Positions 12,291-25,750 of a stretch of DNA of 64,000 bases are shown here, piece by piece. The stretch is from NCBI RefSeq assembly GCF_000143415.4, contig NW_003314349.1, positions 195,172-259,171 on the forward strand. Direction: 5' to 3'. The stretch comes from Selaginella moellendorffii. Lineage: Eukaryota > Plantae > Lycopodiophyta. Made by a program: the position numbers and the translations under genes. Within the stretch, counting starts at the first letter, position 1. Each line of letters begins with the position of its first letter. The notes under the pieces are model-generated. The model saw only the letters and a list, made by a program, of their open reading frames with translations, was not told the origin of the DNA and made no database searches.

Positions 12291-12752
12291 AATGATCACC
12301 GCCATGTGGATCTCAGCACTTGATCTGGTCAACTAGCTGCCGAGGGTCTCATATCCAGCACGTCCCGGATGGAGCCTGGCAGGAGTCAAGAGGATTCACA
12401 ATGAGCAGAACTGGCTGCTCACAGTGCGTCCACTCTTTGACACCATCATCTCGTCACCGTATGTTCTCCTTTCCCATATTTAAGTCGCTCGTAGCTCGTC
12501 ACATGGTCCTCCGTGTGTGTGTGTGCATTCATTGTTTTGTGATTCCAATGTGTGATAGGAGATAGTCAAAATGGGAACCAACGACAACAACGTATACATC
12601 TCTCTCCAAAAGTAGTAGTGTCTTATAATTTTACAAAAATTTATGAGCCATTGATTCTTTCCTGGAGTTTAGAGATCATCCACAATGCTGATGCTTCTTG
12701 GAAAAATTAAGATATAAATAAAATAGAAACTCAAGCCCTTGAAAATCATTTT

Positions 12753-12993
12753 CATAACAGGGTCTTTATGAAAATGATTTTCAAGGGCTTGAGTTTCTAT
12801 TTGGAACAACAATTCTTAAACAATATCAAATAGATCTCTCAAGATCTAAATGGTTGAACTTTATAATCCTGTTAAGCATGATTTTGGTTTATTGAGGAAT
12901 TTTTATTACTATCATCAAACTCACTCAGCTCATAGATGGGAAAATTCTGATGTTTAAAATTAATAGTAGGACCTCTAAGAAAATAAATGCTTA
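12753..12993 (+). pseudogene. ABCG last-exon fragment
   Basis: [26 protein letters not shown]. It shares the internal deletion seen in the ABCG pseudogene near 62900; 12753-13778 duplicates about 62865-63875. Confidence 0.8.
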
Positions 12994-13327
12994 AAATTAA
13001 AAGTATGGCTTCGTGAGCTTGTCATTCACGTTTCACTTGTCATATTTATAAATGATCTTCTGGCATCTAGTAAGTGTCACTCAAATTGTCTTCAACCTTC
13101 ACCTAACTTTTGTGTGGGGTGGAGTTCAAATGCAAACTGAGAACTAGAACATAATATGCTTTTGTAAGAAATGCATTTGTAAGCACTTTGATTGCTTCGT
13201 AATTATCTTTTGAGTTAGCCAAATGCCTTAGTCTAATATCTTCCTGTTCAGATCATTAAGAAAATTTTCCTAAAAAGCTATACAGATGAAAATACCTTAA
13301 ACACTGTCAAAGTCCGAATCGATAATT

Positions 13328-13778
13328 CTAAGAAGAATACCATGCTATCTTCCATGGTATTTCCAAAATATAAACTTGAGAGATTAAGAAAAGATTATTA
13401 AACTGCTAAAACACTTTGCTACTTGTCTGATGAATTTGACATGATAAAAGTGCGCCTACATGACAAGCGGATGCTTTGCACAGAAAATCATCAAATAAAT
13501 CAGACATGATAATTACTTCTCTAAACCACTAAGACATGACTGCGTTTGAGTGTCCAAAGCAATGCTCACTCTTCATTTCTTCCCTCCACTCAATCCATGC
13601 AAGAACCACTGTCTCCAAGCCCCATCTCACTGTCAACCATCTCCTCTTTTGGCTGCGTGGTAGGCTGCCTCAAATAAACAGAGTAAGTGATTGTCTCCAG
13701 AACAGTGAGCTTTCCCAGCAAAGCATGCTCTTGATTTACATAAGCATCTGATAGAAAGCTTGAGAATCACTAAATCAA
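13328..13778 (-). pseudogene. Inverted, decayed ABCG relic (exons 3-4)
   Basis: Reverse complement reads [39 protein letters not shown] and matches the ABCG exon-4 end (tatattttgga..ccatggaag). Confidence 0.75.
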
Positions 13779-13846
13779 ATAACTAGCAAGAGGCCAATTC
13801 TTTTCAAACTTTCTAAAGGTTTGTCCCATCCAGTCTTGCCGTGGCT

Positions 13847-15339
13847 ATGGCTTCTCAAGGTACGTCGTCTCCAAATATTCATGTCCTCGCATTTCCCGTC
13901 CCAGGCCAGGGACACATCACTCCGATGATGCATCTCTGTAAAAAGATCGCCGCTCGAGATGGATTCACCGTCTCGTTCGTCAATGTCGACAGCCTCCACG
14001 ACGAGATGATCAAGCACTGGAGAGCTCCACCCAATACGGACCTCCGCCTCGTCTCAATCCCACTCTCCTGGAAGATCCCACACGGCCTGGATGCTTACAC
14101 TCTCACTCACTTGGGTGAGTTCTTCAAGACCACCACCGAGATGATCCCAGCTCTCGAGCATCTCGTCTCCAAACTCTCTCTCGAGATCTCGCCGGTCCGC
14201 TGCATAATCTCGGACTACTTCTTCTTCTGGACCCAGGACGTTGCTGATAAGTTCGGGATTCCAAGGATTGTTCTGTGGCCTGGATCCGCTGCCTGGACCA
14301 CGATTGAGTATCACATACCCGAGCTCATCGCCGGGGGCCATGTCTTTCCCAGCTTGACCGAAGGTAACTCCACTTTCAATGGGATTCACGTACGCCTCAA
14401 AATTTTGCAGCGAAGAAGCTTGTCGCGGATGAATCTGTAGTGGGGATTATCAAGGGACTGGGACCTCTTCATCAAGCCGACATACCTCTCTACTTGCAAG
14501 CTGACGATCATCTCTGGGCGGAGTACTCCGTGCAGCGAGTCCCCTACATCCGCAAGGCCTCCTGCGTGCTCGTCAACTCCTTTTACGATCTGGAGCCGGA
14601 AGCTTCCGACTTCATGGCGGCCGAGCTCCGCAAAGGTGGCACGGAGTTTCTCTCCGTCGGTCCGATGTTTCTCCTGGACGAGCAGACCTCCGAGATCGGA
14701 CCAACCAACGTGGTGCTCAGGAACGAGGACGACGAGTGCCTGCGGTGGCTCGACAAGCAGGAAAAGGCTTCCGTTCTCTACATATCTTTTGGCAGCATTG
14801 CGGTCGTGACTGTCGAACAGTTTGAGGAGATTGCGGTGGGACTGGAAGCAATCGGAAAGCCTTTCCTGTGGGTTTTACGGCCAGAACTTCTCATTGGCAA
14901 TCCGGTAGAGAAGTATAAGGAATTCTGCGAACGTACCTCCAAGAAGGGATTTACTGTGTCCTGGGCACCGCAGCTACGAGTTCTGAAACACCCCTCCATC
15001 GCTGCGCACCTCAGTCACTGCGGCTGGAACTCGGTGCTGGAAAGTATCAGCAATGGAGTGCCCCTCATGTGTTGGCCTTGGGGAGCTGAGCAAAACACCA
15101 ACGCAAAGCTGGTTATACACGACTGGAAGATTGGAGCTGGATTTGCAAGAGGGGCGAATGGACTGATCGGCAGAGGCGACATCGAAAAGACGCTGCGGGA
15201 GGTGATGGATGGGGAAAGAGGGAAGCAGATGAAAGACGCTGTTGAGGTGCTGAAGTGCAAGGCAAGGAAAGCTGTGGAGAGTGATGGTCGATCCGCTGCG
15301 AGCTTGGATGATTTTCTTAAAGGCCTCAGCAGCCAGTGA
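13847..15339 (+). CDS. Family-1 UDP-glycosyltransferase copy 1 (broadly UGT85-like), 2 exons
   Basis: HVLAFPVPGQGHITPM (catalytic His), CIISDY, PSPG box WAPQLRVLKHPSIAAHLSHCGWNSVLESISNGVPLMCWPWGAEQ. A 47-nt GT-AG intron at 14364-14410 joins the two ORFs in frame. Confidence 0.93.
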
Positions 15340-15654
15340 TGCGATGATAAGTTATCACTGCAAGTGCTAGTGTGAGATGGCAAACATGTGAAAAACTTAC
15401 ATGCCATGAATTTGTCAAGCTTGACAAAACATGAAGAGAATAAAATATTCGTCTAGCTTGCAACGCCTTTGTTGACTGGAGAAAACAAGACAGAATCCAC
15501 CGTTGAATAGCGCTGACCACTTGTAAATGCCGTGATGGATCAAACGTGCCAGTGTTTGATCAGGCCACGACGAGGCATGGGCTAGAGCAGTGAAGGCTGA
15601 AAAGGAACAGTAGGAATAGTGCCACTACGTTAAGTGCCTGCTTGTTCTATATGG

Positions 15655-18150
15655 ACATCATGCCATCCTATGTGTTTGCAAAATATCTCAAATCTGCCAT
15701 GTGGCTTGCCTAGGTAAGTCCTAAGAAATGTGGAAGCAACTATAGCAAGGGAGGTTAGGCAATACAAGGTTACCCAACTCGCTTGTTGGCCAAAAAGACT
15801 AATTGGTCGAGCTAAAAAGTGCATAAAAAATCTTGTGTGAGAGAGGAGGATGTAATGTGATTAAAGAGACTTTAAGCCACCATGTTTCCACCAGCCAGCC
15901 ACAAGCCACCCTAGAACTGGGAAGATGGGGGCTCCAAAGCACCAAAAAAGGTGCATTTGCCCCAACATTTGCAGGGAAGAGCCCGAAAACATTATCTTAC
16001 TAATCAGATATGCTTAGGGCCACTATGTTACTGCCAATAGACCATGAGCCTCTCTTTTCTATTCTAGAATTTTCCCTCAATCTCTCTCAATCCTCTCATT
16101 AGAACACTTTGAAAATATGACTCCTCAAGAACACTTTTAAAATTAAGATTATTGTCTTAGGGCCACTATATTGCTAAAGAAATCTCACAGCTTACAAGTG
16201 GCAACATGGTGGCCCTAAGTTTGTGTGTGAGCATTTCATGGCTGACTAGAAAACACTCTCCATTCTAAGATCTACCAGAACATTATTAAACACTTTTAAA
16301 TGTGACGTCTAACCTATTACTATCACCATCCTCCTCATTATATCCCTAAAATTGGATTGCAAGTCTTCAAGTGAAGATATTAGGCACCTAAATCACAAAA
16401 GAATATCCTAATAGATCTCCTTTCCTTACTTTAGTGCCAAATGATTAAAACACGCTATTGACTATAGATAGTAAAACTATATTATCTTGCCACCACTTAG
16501 GATGTAATGCTAATTGCATCCTCACCAAAATCTTACTCAATTTATAAATTCCACTATAATTGACAAATATAAAATTTTCTGTCTTGAAAGTTGCTATTCT
16601 GGCATCACTTTGCTTCCTTTAGCTATTCTCTTTTATTAAACTTATAAATTCCTTTTCTCCTTGCATCCCAAAAATCTTTGCATCCAAGGAAATTATTTTC
16701 TTTTTGTTACAACATCTTTTTCATCTCAAGCTTAACCACTTGGGATCTCCTTTCAACTTCTTGTCTATTCATTACCACTTTTGGCTCTTTATATCTGTCT
16801 ACTCCTAATGTTCAAATATTTTTTTTCTTTAGCTTTGGAATTTTCATAACTCCTTTGTGACTTGTAATTTCTATAGTCACTATTGCTTTTCCACCCACTT
16901 ATCTCCTCAACAATCAACCCTTCATTATTGAAATCTCAAAAGCTTGTCTAGACTCATTCCACTTTATCCCCTTTTCCAAAAGCTTTTGCACTCATCTTTG
17001 TCATATCTACTTCTATTCTACACTCCTTTGTAGAGAATGGTTCTTTTCTATCTTCTTATTTATACTGTAAAAGATATATTATGATTCCTCATTTTTTCAC
17101 GAAAAGGGTATACCTTATTTCTTTACCCATCTTTTGACTAAGGCATCTTATATGATACCACTATCCATATACCATATATTTCTTATGTCCTCAAGAAATC
17201 TCTACTCACTTCTTTTAAAGAAAATCTTGATAAAATCCTGTTCATGACCTTTGATGCTCCTAGAATTGAACTCTTACCTACTATTCTTACAAATACGTTC
17301 TTTTGAGAATCTTCCTGAACCAACTCACTACTCTCTAGATTAGAGAATAGTAATATCTTCCAAACTCTTCCACTATATCCATATGTGTAGGATGTAAAAC
17401 TCTTCTCCTCTGATATTAAGGCAAACCTAACAATTAAATTTGCCCATATGTTTGCTGAATATCTCAAATCTTCCACATGGCTTGTCTAGGCAAGTCCCTC
17501 CAAGAAATGCAAAAGTGGCAATAAAAGGGGAGGCCAAGCAAATCCAAGGCACTCATTGCTAAAAAAACCAACTAATCAAGCTAGGAGTGCTAATTCTTTA
17601 TTGCATTGCATAGAACGAATATTGCATCTAATTTTTTCACTATCATACACACTTGTAGGAAAGAGCTTAAAAACACCCTCTTGCTACTCAAATATGCTTA
17701 AAGCCACTATGTTACTGCCAGCAGACTATGAGCCTCTCTTTCCTATTCTAGAATTCTCCCTCAATCTCTTTCAATCCTTTCAAGAGAACACTTCGAAGAT
17801 ATGATTCCTTAAGAACACTTTTAGAATCAAGATTACTATCCCAAGGCCATTGTGTTGCCATTAGCTAGCTCATACATAAGCTTATAGCCATTATGTTATT
17901 ATTCACTGGTTGTGATATCTCTTTGGAAAACACTCTCTATTCTAAGTTTTACAAGAACATTATTAAACATTTTAAATGCTTTTGGAAAGGGGTGAGGCCT
18001 AGTCTAACCCTTTTTGGAGTCATCCTCCTTTCTAAATCCCTAAAACCTGATTGTAAATCTTTATTTACACTTTGTTTTGTAGTGAAGATTTTGGCACCCA
18101 AATCACAAAAGAATATCCTAATGGATCTCCTCTCTTTGCCTTAGTGCCAT
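15655..18150. mobile_element. Decayed repetitive element, probably a retroelement remnant, with an internal direct repeat (about 15660-16440 vs 17440-18150)
   Basis: Two diverged copies of about 700 bp, no intact ORF. It interrupts the + strand PLP-enzyme relic. Confidence 0.4.
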
Positions 18151-18182
18151 TTCAACTGTTTCTAGTTTGGACAATATTAGAG

Positions 18183-18850
18183 TGTAAATAACCAAAGGGA
18201 ATAACTCGAAAGATGAATTATAGAGGTTCAAATATAGAAGGAAAGGGCCCATAAACAAAAGTGCATCCCCTTTTTCAATCGGTTAAAAATTTTAGGATAA
18301 TTGGGGTTAAATATCTTTAGGTTTGAATAATATTGGGCCAGGAAGTCCAAATTTAGGAGCTTACATTTGGTATCAAAAAAGTCTTGGGTTCAACTTTATT
18401 GGTTTGCTAAGGGAATCACACCATATATTGATTGATATTTGGTAAGTTTAGTTTGCTCTCGGCTAAGCTTGACTTGAGGGGTAGGGTGTCAAGAGAGCAA
18501 GGCTCTTGTGAGAGTTGTAGCTCTTAGCTTTCGTTCATGAGGGCGTGAATTTGTAGGGAAACGTGGTGGATTGTAAGCAACCAAAGAAAACGTTTCGAGA
18601 GACGATCCATAGGGGTTCAAATATAGAGGGAAAAAGCCCATGAACAAGAGTGCACACTATAGTGGATTGTAAGCAACCAAAAGGAACGACTCGAGAGACA
18701 ATCCATAGGGGTTTAAATATAGAGCGAAAGGGCCCATAAATAAAAGTGCACCCTCTTTTTTAATCAGTTAAGGGTCTTGGGATAATTCTTTGGGTTTGAA
18801 TAATACTAGGCTGGGTGACCTCCTGGGAAGTCCAAATGCAGGAGCTTACA
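18183..18850 (+). mobile_element. Cassandra-type TRIM (5S-rRNA-containing LTRs), complete
   Basis: LTR1 TGT..ACA at 18183-18365, then PBS tggtatca (tRNA-iMet) and a short internal region. LTR2 at 18668-18850 has a partial duplicate from 18572. 5S C-box-like tactaggctgggtgacctcctgggaagtcc. TSD TAGAG on both sides. Confidence 0.88.
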
Positions 18851-19044
18851 TAGAGCTGTGAAAAAACTCCATGAACATTTAGGCTTGTATGTACCACCCC
18901 AAATGAGAAACTCAACCATGGTAGCAATCAATAATAAGAAAAGATGGCTAATGTTCATAATAAACATCACTCCAACATTCTTCCCTAAGGCAAAGTCTTA
19001 TTGAGGTTTCTTTTAATCTGTCAACTATTTAAACTAGAAGTTAT

Positions 19045-19470
19045 TCTGACTAATTATGGATTGATTGATATGAAGTACCTCAAGCGCACATACCTTTTTT
19101 TGCTTGTAGTGTGTAACAGGAGTTTCAGTGGACTCTTGCATTCTACACAAACACGAAGCATTAGCATGCTTTGATTTTGCAAGCTAGTAAGATGAGATCA
19201 GAATAAAAGAAGCTTACTTGTTGAATTTGATCAACAATAGTCTACATTAAGATTGACATGCGACCCTTGTAATGTTGAGTCCACACAAGTATGTTGAAGG
19301 GCTAGGAAAGTTTAGTGTGCTTTGCATAAACAAAAAGCTTTACAAGCTCAAGGATCACACATTGTCAACAACAAGTGGAGGAGTAGTAAACTTTGTCAAC
19401 TATAATAAAGAGGTAAGTGCGAAAGGAAAAGAAAACCAACTCTACAAACTCATACTAAGGCAGGGGATGG
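19045..19470 (+). pseudogene. Decayed + strand relic of the class-V PLP enzyme (exons 3-4)
   Basis: GLIDMKYL and MLSPHKYVEG..NKKLYKLKDHTLSTTSGGVVNFVNYNKE, with indels. Confidence 0.8.
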
Positions 19471-20149
19471 TCTAAAATTGAGTTAAGCTTACGAATTGAG
19501 CTTAGTTTATCTTATGTCAATATTAATCAATATAGTCAACCATAAGTTTTACAAGGAAATTTCATATCAGAAAAATTCTTTTAAGATTCATGAATTTAAT
19601 TGTGAATGGTTTGGAGAAATTTCTATTCTTTGAATCTATTTATGGAGAAAACTTCTAATTTCTAATGCGACCTATACAATAAAATACTAATTTACTAGTT
19701 TCTAGAATTAGAAGTTCATCCAAATCCATATAATTGTTACATTTTGTATTTAGAATGTTTTGGTTATAAAGAGCTTTTTTGGGCCCAAATAAAAATGGAA
19801 ATATTGAAGTTTGCACGAATATAAAATTTCTATTGTACATTTTGACATTTCAACAATTGACCAGAAAAATATAAATAATTCAGAACACTAATTTACTTAT
19901 TCATTTTTTAGGGTTTTACAAAGAAAGCACTAACAAATCCACCTCATAAAACCTATTTCTATGAGCATAATATATAGTATCTTTGTTTTTTTTCTAATCT
20001 TTTTGCAAGTGTGTAGTATACATGATGTGGATGAATCAAAGAGTCAAATCTATATATATTTTTGACAATAAAAGGTAATTTTACAAAAATGCATATTTGT
20101 GTGTCTGCATACATTTACCATTAATATATATAGTAGATCAACTATATAA

Positions 20150-20900
20150 AATAAGGCTATATATTAATTATGTGCTAATTTTTAGCTTCTAAAACCCTAT
20201 AGCTGTAAGCAACTAAATTTTCCTCCTTCTCCACAGTCTGGGGCTTTGGGATGACATTTTGATACATCATGGCTTTACGTGAACCTTGTAGGTACTCTCC
20301 CCACCTTCCACCTTTAGGTGCCCTAGCTATGTGGCTAAGGTGAGGTTCCAATGAGCCATGCCAGGTATCCAAGTAAGTAGTGCCACTCACACTTGGATTG
20401 GAGCATTGACCATTTGATTTCCCGAGGGAGCTAGAGTCGGCTCTTGAACACTTCACCAAACTATCCCACTTGTCTATCCATATTCATTTTAGCTTTGGAT
20501 TCCTCAGTGGTTATATCATCACCCACTAGATTTCTTTATCACATTAACCTTTCCTAGCCAAACTGGCTCCACTAAAGTCTTCCCCTTACTATACTTTTGG
20601 AGCTCACCAAACCCCCTAAGGTCTGGGAGATGAATACTTTGGGCTTTCACCCTCGGACTCGGACTTAGACTCGGACTCGGGCTCGGACTCGAACTCGGAC
20701 TCGGACTTGAGCTCAAGCTCGGACTTGGGCTTGTGCTTAGGCTTGGACTCGAACTCGGTCTCAATCTCGGTCCCGGCCTTGGCCTCGGTTTCAGTCTTGG
20801 TCCCGGTCTTGGTCTCAATCTTAGTCTCGGTCTCGGCCTTGACCTTGGAGTCCATCTCAGGTCCCTCTCAGACTCCATCTCAAACTCCACCATATGTTAT
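20150..20900 (-). mobile_element. LTR-retroelement 3' end remnant with hexamer repeat (ctcgga/ctcggt)n at 20651-20890
   Basis: On the - strand, gggtgaaagcccaaag..ggggg..caaaagtatagtaagggg resembles the PPT/LTR junctions at 27770 and 32230-32310. The PRPR/SPSP ORFs come from the hexamer repeat. Confidence 0.5.
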
Positions 20901-23299
20901 GTGTTGGTCCTTTTGTGTCTCTTTTCTAGAGACTTTTTTATTGCTCGCTTCGTGCTCATTCTTTGAGCACTCTGTTAGGAGTTCCACTCTCACTCTTGAT
21001 TCTTCAAGTTGGAGTTTTTAATCCAAACATGTTATGCTCATTTGGCTTCCACTTCAGCCACTACCACGTGGCACCCTTTTGGCTCCACTTTGGGGCTTAG
21101 GGATTTGTGTCTCACAATAGCCACTTGTCTTTAACAGTAAGTCACAATTAATATATAGTCCTATTATTGAGACTAAAAATTAGGATTTAATATATTGCTG
21201 TGTTACAATAAAACCTCATTCTCGAGATTGAAATGTAGTATATTAATTAGTACCAAAAAATATAATCATCAAAGAAATCTTATTACTGGAGAGTTATTTC
21301 TTTTTGTTTGTTGAAATAGTTTGGAAAAAGCTTACTTTTAGTCCCAAAGGCATCGCATATGACTCTCCACCTCCATCCCCAAGCTCAACCAATAATCCAC
21401 TTTCACCATTACGTAATAATCTTCCTTTCATTCTGAAGGGTATTTCCTTCCATATAACAATTGTTGTGAGGCTTTTCTATTTATGACCTCAAGTGTAAAA
21501 ATTCCCTTCTTATGACGTTGCTAAAAGAGTTGGATTGCATTCAATGCTCCAAGAGTGATGCCAATATTTTCTTTAAGATTTTGCTCCAAATATGATATGA
21601 GTGCTTGATGTAGATAATATTATCTATGGTATCCCATATGCTATTTCTATTTAAACAAGCTAAATAGTTGCATGGGTTTGGTAAATTTTCTTGAGCATTA
21701 TCGCAAATGCTTAAAAGTAGGTTTGAAAGGTGTGCATGTATGGATGTACAAAAAAATCAAAAAAAAATTAAAGACACATAGTTATTATAATTTCATGGTG
21801 AAGAACAATATTCCATTGATGAACACTATATCAGTGAGTGTTGAATATGGGATATTTAGACCACTCTATAATGTAATGTGAAAGTCATGAGAGTCATAGT
21901 TTCTTCAAAAGTTTAGTTCATTATGAGTAAAGTGGAGAATCTTATATTTTCAAAAAAGTATTTTAGCATATATATAGATATTATTATATATAATTATAAT
22001 ACAAGTGGTTCTAACATTGTTATAATTCAAGACTTCTATTTTCAAGACTAACAATCTAGATCTTCAAGAATCCCTAGAGTTTTTCTTAGTATAAATATAG
22101 ATAAAGGATGTGTAAATGACTAAATTTTCCATTCTACTTTAGTCACTTAAACACACTTTTGACTATTTGGAAGAGTTTCACTTACAACCTCCATAAGTCT
22201 TATTCTCAACTTAGGGCATGCTATCCTTGTGAATGATATTTATGCCACTTAGCCTTTGCATTTAGTCCAAGTGCTCCACGTGTCCACTCCCATGACAAAA
22301 GACTAAGACATTTCTACTGTATAATTTATTTTGTAACAGTTAATCAATGGTAGATTCTAGAATAAAATCATTCCTATCTTTCATATTATGATGTATGCTT
22401 GAGGTGATATTTCTTTCCATTTTGCCAAAAGCTAGTCTATATAATAACTTTGAGCATGTTTTTGAATTCAATGTATACAAACTTTTAATATTGTCTAACA
22501 TAGTCCTTTATACTTCAAATAAACCTTATTATAACATCATTAATCAATGGTAGATCGTGGAATAAAAACTTTCTTACTTTTCACATAATGGTTGAGGTGA
22601 CATTTCTTTTTGTTCCAACTCTAAATACTCTTTATGATACCTTTGAGCATGTTTTTGAATCCGATGTAAAGATTGTAAAATAATGTAGACTTTTAATATT
22701 GTATAACAACATAATCTTATCATAAAAGTTCAAACTTCCAAAACCGGAAAGAAACTAAATGGAAAGCTTTCTTTTGCATTACCAAGATCACCCACCCCTT
22801 TCTTTCTCCCAAACTCTTATTTCAGAAAGTTTTCTTTGCTGATGTTTCAATCTTTTTCTTAGTTCTATATCATTAGAGGCTGTGATTCGCAATAACACTA
22901 GTGTAGTCAAATTTCTTCTTTCAAGTGTGGGTGGAGGTGGATAGTATTGGGATTTGGAACGTTTCAAATCTAAAAAGATTCAAGTTTTTAGATTTCCAAT
23001 CAAAGTGTGAAGTTACGATCATGCCAAAGAAGCAAGAGTCATTCATTATCATTTCCTCCTATTATAGTTCTAGTCTAGTGCTAGCCACAAATCAGTCAAC
23101 TTTGACTTCACTATTATGTAAAGCTGTTTGCAACTCTTTTTAGTTTTCCTACCACTCTATCGATGTGTGTTCATTTTTATATAGGCCCATAAACAAGCTC
23201 CCATCCATATACAATAGCAACATCTTCTTTGAACTACCACCTCTTATCAGCTCAAAAGAAAAAGGGATGGAGACCAAGCAAAACATCCATAACTAGTGC

Positions 23300-25750
23300 A
23301 AAATCAAGATTACACACTTTTAGCATTTCGAAGGCACAATGTCTATGGTTCATTATGGTGGTTATTTAGATTAGTATGCAATTGAGAGCACGGAAAAATT
23401 CCACATTTTTTGAAGGATTTACAATTAATCCTCCCATTTGGTGACACCATTGGTGTAGGATTCATGTGCTAGTTTTGCAAGAATGCTCCATTATGTCATA
23501 CCATTTGCAAGGTTATTATTACTTTCTTTTACAGGATGGAGAGGTTAATAAAGTTGTAGTACATATTAGCACATATGCATATTCAATGCATGAAGGGATA
23601 TAAAGGAGTTCAGTCAACCGTTTCAAAAATGTTGTGTAGAGAAAGACTATGAGAAACTCATCTGCAATTCTGAAACATGTTCAATAGACAATGCTTAAAA
23701 ATTTTATCACCAACACCCTACTCGATCTAGGTTACAAGAAGACTCAATTGAATAAGGTTAGCTTATGGGAGTTATTATGATATGTGCAACCTACAACTAG
23801 TCTCAGGAGGTAGAAAAATACTTTTCAATAATATCTCTCTTATATTTTGTTTTATTTAGGATAAAATCTTAGATATGTGAATCTAGAAAGGGGAAGCTAC
23901 AGTAAAAAATTGACTCTATCTTAAACTAAAACAAACCTACCTCTATGAGTTTATCCATAGGAGTTTATTTCCAGATCAAATTATTAATGAGTAAGAGTGC
24001 CCTTTCATCTTTAAAATGTTTATTATGGGCCCCACTTCTTATGTAAATTTTATCTTCTGAATGGATATGTCTGGGTCAAATGACCTTGCTAATGCATGAG
24101 TACATTTTGACTATATGAAGCGGATATTGGGTTGGACAACCATAGGAGCTCATATATATGATCTGAGGTAGTTATTTTTTTCTCACTATTTTAAAATGGT
24201 TTTTAAGCATTACTTTTTTCATAGGCTACATTCTAACTTGACAATTGCAACAATAAAGTTTAAAGTACAAGAATAAATGGCCTAGAAAATATTTTAGAAG
24301 TCCCTCTCTAACATTGTATTAAAGCAAATTGATAAACCTACAGTTTCATGATAAATAAAACTAGGGCTAATTGGAATAGTGTAGTTTTTGGGAATGGTCA
24401 GCCCCTAGAGGGTCGTGAGAGGACTTGTGAGTTCCATTGGGCTCAAAGTCTAAACTAACATTGCCATCTTATTAAGTTGAAGATTATATCAAATCCCGCC
24501 ATGTTTAACAAGATTTCCAATTAGTGTTTAAAAAGTTTTGTAAACAATGGCAGGTTGCACTTTCTAAAGAAGAGCATGAGGCAAAAGTAAATGAAATTTG
24601 AATGTGGTGGTGTGAAGATGGCCATACGAATACAAGTTGTCTACCCAAATTTGAGTCGTGGTTGGGGTGGTGGGAAGTTAAGATGTTCTAATAGAGACAT
24701 CACTCTCTTCATGTTGATTTTTTTTTTTATTCTCTTTTAATATTGTCTTTTTCATTACTTGAGGATTTCAATACACCCCAAATATGAATCTCTTAGAGAG
24801 TAAACATTGGACCTAGCATTCCACTAAGGCAAGGAAAGGGAAGATGAGTTTATATAAAGTATATCTATCAAATTTGATATATGCTATAAAGCAATCTTCA
24901 AAAGCTTTGGCATTTGAGGAAGATACATAGGAATAGAATCTTCAGTTGAGATGTTACACAATTGAATGAAAAAGAAAGTGACTCCACTAGCACGAACAAT
25001 GGCAACTTTAGTAGAGGAAGTGATCCATGGATATCTATAAAGTACACTCTCTAGGTTTCTATTGGTAACATAAAGATCATTTGCTTAAAGCATCACTTTT
25101 CCTTTGCTAGTGAAGATGTTGGCATGAACCTTGGAGTGAAAAACTCCTATAGGCCTGATCTTGAGTAGCATTCTGCTTCAAGACATTGCCCTTGGACAAT
25201 GCCACCTTCAATGGTTGATAAAGAGAGTGCATCATAATATGTTGAAATCACTTACTGTAGCATGGAATAAAAATAATAGGCAAATCACCACATGCCAGCA
25301 AAATTTAATATAAGGTGTATGGGGATGCTTCCAAGAGAAAAATGCCAAGCCTAGATCCGTAGTGACAAATCTTTTTTTGTTCTAGCCCCATGTTTCTATG
25401 GCAAACACAAACAAGTAAAATTTTCAAGATAGTGCTAGTTGTATTACTGCAACCTTGATGCTAACCATATGAAACAGCTTGAAGACACTATAGTGACAAA
25501 ACTTGATATAGTACTTAAAGAATGGCTAGTTGCTAATGGGGTCACCCTCACCTTGGATGAGATTGAAAAGCTTGAAAAACCTAATTTCAATTTTGAGAGG
25601 AGGAAAGTTGGATACATGAGTGATAGACTTAACACTATTCTCACAGAGATAAAGATGCACAGGAAACTTGCAAGAAAAAGTAAAGTAGTTAAATTTATTA
25701 ATACCATCTCTAAGCAGAAATAGGGGAAAGTAAGCCTAGCTCAAATGCTT
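23300..25750 (+). mobile_element. Degenerate DDE (Mutator-like) transposase remnant
   Basis: Broken frames give HFDYMKRILGWTTIGAHIYD (about 24100-24160) and SFMINKTRANWNSVVFGNGQPLEGRERTCEFHWAQSL (about 24340-24450). The second contains the CxxH signature of MULE/hAT-type transposases. Many stops. Confidence 0.5.

Noticed and set aside
13536-13751. 71-aa ORF recurring four times (13536, 49447, 57490, 63633), resembling a conserved small peptide gene
   Set aside because: It is the opposite-strand reading of the decayed ABCG exon 3, and its recurrence follows the segmental duplications.
18800-18835. 5S rRNA gene (also 26673-26730)
   Set aside because: Only the internal A/C-box part is present, embedded in TG..CA LTRs with TSDs, so it is Cassandra rather than rDNA.
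20519-21021. PRPR/SPSP extensin-like ORFs
   Set aside because: Products of a hexamer tandem repeat next to a retroelement PPT.
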